DNA of 64,000 nt from Candidatus Roizmanbacteria bacterium RIFCSPHIGHO2_12_FULL_38_13 (GCA_001789555.1 MFZZ01000042.1:11244-75243), one strand, 5' to 3'; positions 9,027 through 16,284 are shown, numbered from the stretch's first letter. Program-made: numbers and translations. The notes: generated by a model from the sequence alone, not told the origin.

Positions 9027-9467
9027 TTACTGGGCAGACGAGTTTAGAACCGAAACTTTTTTTTTATCTTTAAGTAGAATATTTTTAGCCTGTCTTGCGG
9101 AAATAATTTGAGTTTTCTTCCATTTCTTCAAAGGCAGAAGATGTTTTTTATCACCTGTGACCAAGTAGTCTGCATTGCTCTCTTCTGCTAAATCTAGAAG
9201 ATATGCATCATTAGTATCCTGAGGCAGAGATACTAAGGCTTGCGTATTGTAGAGTATGCCAATATTTAGTAATTCAGTAACATCTTCCAATATTTTTTGA
9301 TCGACACCGAACTTATAAATCAGTTTGTCGAATATTTCTGTATATAATCCCACAGAGAGACATAATTCAAATTTTTTCTGTTGAATACCTTTTAAAAGAG
9401 CAGCTGGAATACCACCAAAAAGCGCGCCTGACAAAATAATATTGGGGTCAAGTATTACTTTATGCAT
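9027..9467 (-). CDS. PIN-domain toxin
   Basis: ILDPNIILSGAL at the N-terminus and NADYLVTGDKKHLL near the C-terminus, as in the PIN_3-type toxin family. Confidence 0.7.
   Translation of the reverse strand: MHKVILDPNIILSGALFGGIPAALLKGIQQKKFELCLSVGLYTEIFDKLIYKFGVDQKILEDVTELLNIGILYNTQALVSLPQDTNDAYLLDLAEESNADYLVTGDKKHLLPLKKWKKTQIISARQAKNILLKDKKKVSVLNSSAQ
9031..9051 (-). repeat. cassette-junction repeat R4 (shortened GGATAGAC-family copy)
   Basis: TGGGCAGACGAGTTTAGAACC. 16 of 18 positions match R5. It overlaps the last codons of the PIN ORF. Confidence 0.5.
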
Positions 9468-9732
9468 TTTTAATTAAGTTGTAAGCTTCATCTTCAGTTA
9501 ATGTAGAAATATCTTTTCCTTGCTGTTTCAACCATTTATTAAAGTATTTTCTGCCTTTAGAAGTAAGATTATCTATATTAAGGTCAGTTTTTTGAGATGT
9601 TGTCGACTTGATATACAATTCAGACAAACCCAGCTTTAAAATTTCTGGGTCGCTTAAAACAGGGTATTTGGATTTTATTGTGTTAATCGTATCACGTATT
9701 TCAGGCGTGATAGTGAGTCGGATAGTTTGCAT
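9460..9732 (-). CDS. putative antitoxin of the PIN module
   Basis: 90 aa ORF overlapping the PIN start by 8 nt. No motif recognised. Confidence 0.4.
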   Translation of the reverse strand: MQTIRLTITPEIRDTINTIKSKYPVLSDPEILKLGLSELYIKSTTSQKTDLNIDNLTSKGRKYFNKWLKQQGKDISTLTEDEAYNLIKNA

Positions 9733-9782
9733 ATAGAGACATTATAAGGCTTTTATAGCCTTTTTGCAACCTTTATTGCTTA

Positions 9783-9812
9783 TGGGTGACTGGATAGACG
9801 AGTTTAGAACCC
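9783..9812 (-). repeat. cassette-junction repeat R5 (GGATAGAC family)
   Basis: TGGGTGACTGGATAGACGAGTTTAGAACCC. Shares TGGGTGAC and GAACCC with the tRNA-His 3' end. Confidence 0.6.
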
Positions 9813-9820
9813 AAATAGGA

Positions 9821-10087
9821 TTAAAACTTTAAGGGACAAGAAAATCCATAACAGTTTCCTGAAGTCTGTTCATAACTCCAAATAGAAGCGAGTGTAGTAG
9901 ATAAGATAATGAATTCAATAAATAAGACTACTATAATCAAAATTATCTTCAAAAGTGATCTAAAGAAACTATTTTTTATATTTTTCCAAAAGGACAATCT
10001 CCAGATTTTATATGGAATAAAAGTGAAAGCAGCTATAAATATTCCGAAAGTAAGAAGGCGAATGATTAAGGTTATGATAGCACCCAT
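9821..10087 (-). CDS. small membrane protein
   Basis: 88 aa with three hydrophobic segments. Confidence 0.4.
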   Translation of the reverse strand: MGAIITLIIRLLTFGIFIAAFTFIPYKIWRLSFWKNIKNSFFRSLLKIILIIVVLFIEFIILSTTLASIWSYEQTSGNCYGFSCPLKF

Positions 10088-10146
10088 ATGAATAATAATC
10101 AGTTATTGAATATATATTCAAGAGATTGTGAGATTTTGATACATTT

Positions 10147-10223
10147 TGGGGTGACCGACGGGACTCGAACCCGCGACAGCCTGCTCCACAAGCAGGTGCT
10201 CTACCAACTGAGCTACGGTCACC
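10147..10223 (-). tRNA. tRNA-His (GTG) with encoded G-1 and encoded CCA
   Basis: The reverse complement folds as a cloverleaf: G-1, GTGACCG acceptor, D-arm AGCTCAGTTGGTAGAGC, anticodon loop TTGTGGA, T-arm GCGGG-TTCGAGT-CCCGT, then CGGTCAC-C-CCA. Confidence 0.9.
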
Positions 10224-10318
10224 ATTTTGTTAATGTGACTTTACGCCCGTCCGAAGGTTTAGCGAAGGAGGGCGGTCATCAATGTAGGGTAATTATATCA
10301 AAAATAGGCCTTTAGAAG

Positions 10319-10362
10319 ATCCTGAAACCTGCCTGCGGCAGGCAGGCGCATTCAGGATGACG
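10319..10362. repeat. solo hairpin module ATCCTGAA...TTCAGGATGACG with inner GC hairpin
   Basis: ATCCTGAA / TTCAGGAT stem enclosing CCTGCCTGC-G-GCAGGCAGG. It lies 10 nt downstream of the era stop. The same module type occurs at 22379-22497 and 38759-38822. Confidence 0.6.
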
Positions 10363-10371
10363 TTCGTGAAG

Positions 10372-11241
10372 TTACGAGAAATACGTTTCCTGCCAGTGCG
10401 GGTCGGTTTCAACCGTAAGATCAAGATAAACTTTTTTATTTATTGCAAGTGCGATCTCTTTTCTGGCATAACTGCCTATTTCCTTTATTTTTCTTCCTCT
10501 TGCACCAATAAGCATTTTTTTATAGCGGTCGGCAGTTGTTAATATTCTTGCCTTTATATACATGACTCCGTTGCCGCGTTCTTTGATCTCATCAATCAAA
10601 ATATGTGAAGAATAAGGTATCTCCTCGCCCATCATGAGAAAGATTTTTTCACGAATGAGCTCGGCTATAAAGCCTGTGCTGTCCATATTCAGTATGGGAT
10701 AGACGAGACCCTCATGAGTAAATTCGCTTTCCGTTTTTTCCGGTAAAATCTCAAAGATATAATCTAGGAGAGGTTTCATATGTTTTTTTTCCAAAGCGGA
10801 GATGCGAAAAACTTTCTGAAATTCATCTTCGATAAATTTGTACTGCACCATATATTTTGGGTCTTTATTATCCATTTTGTTATATACAAGGATGACCGGA
10901 GCTTTCATTTTTCGCGCGATGCCAAGCACTTTTGCCTCTTCAAAATCCCGCCTCCTAGTTGGGTCGATCATATAAATAACAACATCTACTTTTTTATTTA
11001 CCTCACGAAGTGCTCGCTCGTTGATTTTTTTTGAAAGAAGGTCTTTTGTTTTTCCAAAAATACCAGGCGTATCGGTAAAAATGATGTTTCCTCGATCTTC
11101 ATGATAAAAACCCTGGATCACTTGTCTTGTGGTTTGCGGCTTTGGTGAGGTGATCGCGACTTTTTGACCAATAACATTGTTGACAAACGTGGATTTGCCG
11201 ACATTGGGGCGACCGAGCAATAATACATATCCTTCTTTCAT
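10372..11241 (-). CDS. era: GTPase Era
   Basis: G1 GRPNVGKST, G3 DTPG, G4 NKMD, plus a C-terminal KH domain. Confidence 0.9.
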   Translation of the reverse strand: MKEGYVLLLGRPNVGKSTFVNNVIGQKVAITSPKPQTTRQVIQGFYHEDRGNIIFTDTPGIFGKTKDLLSKKINERALREVNKKVDVVIYMIDPTRRRDFEEAKVLGIARKMKAPVILVYNKMDNKDPKYMVQYKFIEDEFQKVFRISALEKKHMKPLLDYIFEILPEKTESEFTHEGLVYPILNMDSTGFIAELIREKIFLMMGEEIPYSSHILIDEIKERGNGVMYIKARILTTADRYKKMLIGARGRKIKEIGSYARKEIALAINKKVYLDLTVETDPHWQETYFS

Positions 11242-11267
11242 GGAATGATATTATATCATTTAACTAC

Positions 11268-11293
11268 TTGACATATTGACATATTTATGTCAA
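11268..11293. promoter_or_regulatory. candidate promoter/operator of the vapBC-like module
   Basis: TTGACATA-TTGACATA direct repeat followed by the inverted copy TATGTCAA, 10 nt upstream of the ATG at 11303. Confidence 0.35.
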
Positions 11294-11302
11294 ACTACTT
11301 TT

Positions 11303-11539
11303 ATGCAAATGATCAGAACAACATTACGTCTACCAATACAATTAAAAAAGGCTGCAGAAAAGAAAGCTACTGAGCAAGAAACTACATTGCAAGATTTATT
11401 TAATCGTGCATTAAAGCTTTATATTGATCATGCTGATAAAACGCGAGCCAAGAAAATAGTCTTTAGAAGTCATGACCTCGGAGTTCCCCTTGACAATTTA
11501 ACTCGTGAGGATATATACGGTGAACCTGAAACACCATGA
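11303..11539 (+). CDS. antitoxin (VapB-like)
   Basis: MQMIRTTLRLPIQLKKAAEKKA is a typical antitoxin N-terminus. Overlaps the PIN gene by 4 nt. Confidence 0.5.
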   Translation: MQMIRTTLRLPIQLKKAAEKKATEQETTLQDLFNRALKLYIDHADKTRAKKIVFRSHDLGVPLDNLTREDIYGEPETP

Positions 11540-11955
11540 AAATTCTTCTTGATTCAAATATTATTATCTACTCTTTGAATAAATTGTCCCCGAAATGTAT
11601 GCAGGCTCAGGGTTTCATAGTGGAACATCAAAGCAATTTGGTAGTTGCTCATCAAGATATGAATGAAACTTTAAGGATACTTACGCACAAAACTTTTCCG
11701 TCAAGCATGACGTCGGGACAAGCATTAAAAGCTGTGGACGGCATACTTCAAGGATTAGAAATTATTAATCCTCCGCCTGTTACATATAATATAGTGAAGG
11801 AATTAATAAGTTTGTATAAACTAAAAGGAAATGCGGTGTTTGATGCTTATTTAGTGGCAACCATGTTGTCAAATGATATTAGTCACATAGCAACAGACAA
11901 TGTAAAGCATTTTAAACTATTTAAACAGATCAAAGTGGTTAATCCTTTTAATTAG
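11536..11955 (+). CDS. PIN-domain toxin (VapC-like)
   Basis: ILLDSNIIIY at the N-terminus and FDAYLVATM / HIATDN blocks. Confidence 0.7.
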   Translation: MKILLDSNIIIYSLNKLSPKCMQAQGFIVEHQSNLVVAHQDMNETLRILTHKTFPSSMTSGQALKAVDGILQGLEIINPPPVTYNIVKELISLYKLKGNAVFDAYLVATMLSNDISHIATDNVKHFKLFKQIKVVNPFN

Positions 11956-12133
11956 CATAAACTCCTTAAATAAGTATTTTTGGGTTTTTATTTGATAAAA
12001 TATACTACCTTAACAATCAAATCATGCGGGGTCGCCCGCCTGCATCGCTATGCTGATACTAATAATTTTTAATAAAGATTAAAAGATAAACTAAAAGCTA
12101 GTTTACAAGAAACAATAAAGTTGTAAACAGGGC

Positions 12134-12215
12134 TGGGGGATCGTCTAATGGTAGCCAGCGCCGTTGGCGCGGTCTCGCCGAAAGTATTTAGGCGATGAGA
12201 CAACAGACTTTGGAT
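12134..12215 (+). pseudogene. relic 5' half of tRNA-Gln, interrupted by a 44-nt GC-rich insert
   Basis: 12134-12154 (21 nt) and 12199-12215 (17 nt) are identical to positions 1-21 and 22-38 of the intact tRNA-Gln at 12468. No 3' half follows. Confidence 0.8.
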
Positions 12216-12222
12216 AATTTGT

Positions 12223-12465
12223 ATGTTTTATACACATATATTAAAAAGTACATTAAAAAATTGGTATTATATCGGACATACATCCGATATAGATAAAAGA
12301 TTAAAAGAGCATAATAAAGGCAGAAGTAAATAAACTAAGCCTTATAAACCCTTTGAATTAGTATATTTCGAAAAATTTGAAACTAAAGGCGAAGCTTTTA
12401 AAAGAGAACAACAAGTAAAGAAATATAGACACGGAGAAGCATTTAAGAAATTATTAGATAAATAA
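12223..12465 (+). pseudogene. GIY-YIG nuclease (YhbQ/UPF0213-like) with an in-frame TAA
   Basis: My translation: MFYTHILKSTLKNWYYIGHTSDIDKRLKEHNKGRSK-stop-TKPYKPFELVYFEKFETKGEAFKREQQVKKYRHGEAFKKLLDK. It has the GIY-YIG-type YxYIL...YIGxT...RLxxHN...LVYxE...A..RE layout. The TAA is at 12331-12333. Confidence 0.75.
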
Positions 12466-12467
12466 TA

Positions 12468-12538
12468 TGGGGGATCGTCTAATGGTAGGACAACAGACTT
12501 TGGATCTGTTTATCCAGGTCCGAATCCTGGTCCCCCAG
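12468..12538 (+). tRNA. tRNA-Gln (TTG), CCA not encoded
   Basis: Cloverleaf: acceptor TGGGGGA/TCCCCCA, D-arm GTCT-AATGGTA-GGAC, anticodon arm ACAGA-CTTTGGA-TCTGT, T-arm CCAGG-TCCGAAT-CCTGG, discriminator G. Confidence 0.9.
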
Positions 12539-12546
12539 CAAACTTT

Positions 12547-12996
12547 GTGCAAACAATAATGATACATTCTGAAAATAAAGATAAATTTATACTAACTTTA
12601 CATAGATATTTTATTTGGGCTTTATATCAACATAACACTTTTAAAACGGTAATACGTGTTGTTAATACAGAGAAGACTAGAGAATCTGCACGATTTACAA
12701 GACCTTTTGGATACGGAAGTTATTGGTATGCTTCTATGTATGTGGTAATTGAAGGTTGGTTAGAGCTCAAACTACATGACAAAAAAATTGATGTATTTTT
12801 GAAAAACGCAAAATATATTCAGTTGCTTAGAAGATATAGGAATGGCGTTTTTCATTTCCAAAAAGATTATGAAGATAATAGATTCGAAATCTTTTTTAAA
12901 CGAGGTTCCGATTTTAATATTTGGGTGGATGAGATTTATCATGAATTTGATAGATTTTTTTTAGAATGGTCAAAAAAAGAAAAAAGTGAAAAGTAA
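12547..12996 (+). CDS. hypothetical protein with an Rx4H (HEPN-like) motif
   Basis: 149 aa, looks alpha-helical. LLRRYRNGVFHFQ contains RNxxxH. The start may instead be the ATG at 12559. Confidence 0.5.
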   Translation: MQTIMIHSENKDKFILTLHRYFIWALYQHNTFKTVIRVVNTEKTRESARFTRPFGYGSYWYASMYVVIEGWLELKLHDKKIDVFLKNAKYIQLLRRYRNGVFHFQKDYEDNRFEIFFKRGSDFNIWVDEIYHEFDRFFLEWSKKEKSEK

Positions 12997-13107
12997 TTAA
13001 ATACAACACACAAAACTGTTTTTAGAATAAAAAGTTCCCACATAATCAACGAGTGCCAGCAAAGACGATCATGCCTTTCATTTTGATATAATTCACGCGT
13101 AGTCCTT

Positions 13108-14277
13108 ATGAGAAAAGAATATGCCGGTGTAGCGATTAATAAAATACATAATTATTACAAGTATCTTACCCATAAAGGTTTTATAGATAAGAATAGGGAA
13201 AGTCTAAGAGCGGCTTATTGGGTAATTAGTTGTTCTTACAACATAGACGTAGGAATGGGAAATAAAACTAAGGCAACTTGGGATGATTTTAAACGTGCTG
13301 GGTACGAAAACGAGGAAGCTTTTCATAACTTTATGGAATGCGTGTTTCAACTCGAAGGAGATTTAGATAATTATTTTAAGCCAGACTGGATTAATTTTGA
13401 TGATGAAGAGAGTTATATAAATGATAATATCCTCCAAGGTTTTCAGTCTAAAACTGGCTATTTTAATTATCAAAAACTAATTACTTTAATTGAGGAACTA
13501 AATTTCAACTATTCTAACAAAAAAACTTACTCAGCTTGTATGGTTTTAAGAGCAATTTTAGATCACGTACCTCCTCTACTTGATAAGGATGATTTTAGTA
13601 GTATGGTAAACAATCATATTTGGGGCAATGAAAAGTCTTCTCGAAGAAAAGCAGTAAAAGAATTACTTACTTTCAGAAATATTCCTGACGATGTATTACA
13701 TAATCAAATTACAGATAAAAGTGATGTGATTGATTTTACATACCTGCCGAGCAAATTTTCAGTTAACGTTTTATTAAAAGAATGTTTAGAGAGTAAAATC
13801 GAGTTAAAAACGGAGAGAAAATTTGTGAAACAAAAAAATAGGAAGGATGATAATATCAGTCTTGATTTGAGGATAGATTTTGATGAGCTAAAAATTTCTT
13901 GGGCTAATTATGCGGTGAGAAGTTGGGTATGGCCATCTTTTAGAATGGTTTTGTCTATCAACAACTTTCGGAATAAGTCGCCAGAATATATAAAAGCCTA
14001 TCTTGTAGGGAATTCAAATGATGGTAGATGGGAAGCTAGAAATTTTATTTTTTTGAATAGAGAAGATGAGAGTAAAACCAGGTCAAACGAAGATTTTAGA
14101 GTAGAAGCAGGATATAAAGAAAAAGTGTCGCTTTTTGTATCGAATTATGATATTGGATTCACAGGACAGAAACCTATGCCAGATATCGATAAAGATAGTT
14201 TAGAGCTGATTATCGAAACAGAAAGTGAAAAGAAGATAACTTTGCCTATAAAAGCTGGATGGATTTATAAAGGCTAA
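13108..14277 (+). CDS. hypothetical protein (389 aa), helical N-terminal part with an Rx4H motif and a beta-rich C-terminal domain
   Basis: Long intact ORF. MVLRAILDHVPPLL contains an Rx4H motif. No other motif recognised. Confidence 0.5.
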   Translation: MRKEYAGVAINKIHNYYKYLTHKGFIDKNRESLRAAYWVISCSYNIDVGMGNKTKATWDDFKRAGYENEEAFHNFMECVFQLEGDLDNYFKPDWINFDDEESYINDNILQGFQSKTGYFNYQKLITLIEELNFNYSNKKTYSACMVLRAILDHVPPLLDKDDFSSMVNNHIWGNEKSSRRKAVKELLTFRNIPDDVLHNQITDKSDVIDFTYLPSKFSVNVLLKECLESKIELKTERKFVKQKNRKDDNISLDLRIDFDELKISWANYAVRSWVWPSFRMVLSINNFRNKSPEYIKAYLVGNSNDGRWEARNFIFLNREDESKTRSNEDFRVEAGYKEKVSLFVSNYDIGFTGQKPMPDIDKDSLELIIETESEKKITLPIKAGWIYKG

Positions 14278-14319
14278 CAAAAACTATAAGTAACATCGGC
14301 TCCTGTTATACTATTCTTC

Positions 14320-14745
14320 ATGCAATTTAACCCACTTCTCCCCGAATTATATGTAACAGATTTCAAAAAGAGTCTGCATTTTTACACTAAAATAATCGGC
14401 TTTAAACTTGAATATTCCCGAGAAAATCCTCTTTTTGCCTTTCTTTCATTTGAAAGAGCTCAAATCATGATTCAGGAATTAGATCCAAATGAAGATCACG
14501 AATATATCACAGGAAAGTTTGCATACCCCTTTGGCAGAGGAATAAATTTTCAGATCGATACGAAAGATGTTGAACGAATATCAGATTCATTGAAAAAAAA
14601 TAACTGTCCATTACGAAGGGAATTAGAAGACAGTTGGTATAAAGTTAAAAATCTATTGCAAGGCTGTCGCCAAATTTTAGTTCAGGATCCGGACGGGTAT
14701 TTACTTCGGTTTTCTCAAGATATTGGGAAGAAGACTGTAAAGTGA
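14320..14745 (+). CDS. VOC (glyoxalase/bleomycin-resistance) family protein
   Basis: LYVTDFKKSLHFYTKIIGFKL at the N-terminus and LVQDPDGYLLRF at the C-terminus. Confidence 0.7.
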   Translation: MQFNPLLPELYVTDFKKSLHFYTKIIGFKLEYSRENPLFAFLSFERAQIMIQELDPNEDHEYITGKFAYPFGRGINFQIDTKDVERISDSLKKNNCPLRRELEDSWYKVKNLLQGCRQILVQDPDGYLLRFSQDIGKKTVK

Positions 14746-14776
14746 TTTGAGAACTTTTTTTGCTATACTTTCCCAT

Positions 14777-15502
14777 ATGTTCACCTACGACCAGATTTTT
14801 GCAAACAAAAAAAATATTCTCTTTGTGATGGCGCATCCTGACGATATTTTGGTTTATTATGCCGCGCTTGTTAATAAACTAGTAAAAGACAAAAAGAACA
14901 TTTATGTTTTAACTGTCAGTAACGGTGCTCGTGGAAGCCAGAAAAATATTATTAGTGAAGAAGAACTTGCAAAGAAACGACTTGATGAAGAAATAGCGGC
15001 TTTGAAATTTTTAGGTGTACCTAAGGAAAATGCCCACAGTTTAAATTACAAGGACGGTGAGCTGGAAAGTAACTATAAACTCATAGGTGAAGTGACGAAA
15101 TTAATAAGAAAATACAAAACAGATGTTGTTTGCACCCATGAACCGACGGGGATTTATTTAGAAACGTATAAAAAAGATGGTTTTTTTGTTCAGCATCGTG
15201 ATCATCGAAAAGTAGCAGAAGCAGTCGTTGATTCTGCATATCCTTTTTCAAGAGATCGATCTTTTTTCCCGGAGCATGCTAAAGAGGGTATTGAACCACA
15301 TACTGTTTATGATATTGTGTTAACAGATGAAGCAAAATATAATTTTTAGCTTGATTATACCGACGAATTAGAAACAAAGAAATCTGCAATGCGCATCCAT
15401 AAGTCTCAATTTGATGAAGAGTTTATTAATGATGTAGTTGAATCGGTGAAGTTTAATGAGAGATATCTAGAAAAGTATTTTTATGTGAAGTTGTTGTGGT
15501 GA
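14777..15502 (+). pseudogene. PIG-L/LmbE-family deacetylase with an in-frame TAG at 15347-15349
   Basis: ILFVMAHPDDILV and VQHRDHRKV motifs lie before the stop. The same frame continues LDYTDELETKKSAMRIHKSQFDEE..., the conserved C-terminal HxSQ block. Total length ~241 codons is normal for the family. Confidence 0.7.
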
Positions 15503-15520
15503 AAAATTCATACATCTTTA

Positions 15521-15967
15521 ATGAATACCCGCATAGAGCCGTTTCATTCCGATCTACAAAAACAAGTCAAGGATTTCGTTCTTGATGTATGGAAAGAGTT
15601 TGGATTATTTTATATGCCGGAGTATGATTCGGATTTAGATAATCCAGAAAAATTTTATATAAAAACAGGTGGAATGTTTTATGTACTTAAAGAGGAAGAT
15701 AAAATTATTGGGACTATCGGAATAATAAATAAACGCGATCATATCGCAGAATTTAAAAGATTTTATATAAATAAAAATTATCGAGGGAAAGGTTGCGGAA
15801 CTATGTTATTTAATAAAGCTATAGATTATTGTCTCAAAAATGATTTTAAAAAAGTTAAGTTTGCAACTGGAAAAGCATTCAAGCAAGGACATAAATTTTA
15901 TAAAAATAAAGGCTTTAAAGTAGTAAAAGAGAATGACGAGGATTATTATATGGAAAAGTTTCTTTAA
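15521..15967 (+). CDS. GNAT-family N-acetyltransferase
   Basis: NKNYRGKGCGTMLFNKAIDY acetyl-CoA binding block (R/Q-x-x-G-x-G/A). Confidence 0.75.
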   Translation: MNTRIEPFHSDLQKQVKDFVLDVWKEFGLFYMPEYDSDLDNPEKFYIKTGGMFYVLKEEDKIIGTIGIINKRDHIAEFKRFYINKNYRGKGCGTMLFNKAIDYCLKNDFKKVKFATGKAFKQGHKFYKNKGFKVVKENDEDYYMEKFL

Positions 15968-15988
15968 GAATTCTTAACCCAAAATCAA

Positions 15989-16284
15989 TTATTCAATACT
16001 TTCCTTCCCAAGCTTTTTAGAGAGTTGCTTAAAAAAATCCTGTAGTTCCTGAATCTCAAGAGGCTTTATCATTTTAGGTAAAAAATCAAATTCCTCAACT
16101 ACCATAAGATCGCTAGCAAAAAGGTATGGATCTATCTCAATACGAAACTTAGTTTTTACATCCTCTCTTAGATCCCAAAAAGTAAATTTCTGCAAAAGTA
16201 AAAAGTTTCAGATAAGAAGTCATCTTTACTTATGAGATCAATAATATCTGTTTGGTGCAGATTCAGGATAGTATCACTTTTCAT
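15989..16284 (-). pseudogene. frameshifted small ORF translationally coupled to 16281-16472 (possible degraded toxin)
   Basis: An ATG at 16284 overlaps the upstream stop as ATGA. That frame ends at 16168, and the reading continues in another frame as the 15989-16195 ORF. Confidence 0.3.

Noticed and set aside
6354-10223. Classical integron gene-cassette array.
   Set aside because: No intI-type integrase or Pc/attI region is present. The junction repeats are short direct repeats resembling a tRNA 3' end, not 60-140-bp imperfect attC palindromes. Cassette genes also point in both directions.
12027-12040. Small GC hairpin GCGGG-GTCG-CCCGC downstream of the vapC-like gene.
   Set aside because: It has only a 5-bp stem, no U tract and no second copy seen. 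That is too little evidence to call a terminator or an element.
12134-12538. Reading the tRNA-Gln / GIY-YIG locus as a group I intron-containing tRNA gene.
   Set aside because: The downstream tRNA copy is complete and uninterrupted, so no splicing is needed. I see no P3-P9-type core pairings in the 250 nt around the ORF. The duplicated part is the 5' exon only.
12331-15349. Stop-codon reassignment (TAA/TAG read as sense) as the explanation for both in-frame stops.
   Set aside because: TAA and TAG close many well-defined genes in the window at the expected protein lengths (e.g. era, argG, the response regulators). No tRNA with a stop-complementary anticodon is present: the two tRNAs are GTG and TTG. 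Isolated nonsense mutations in a decaying region are the simpler reading.
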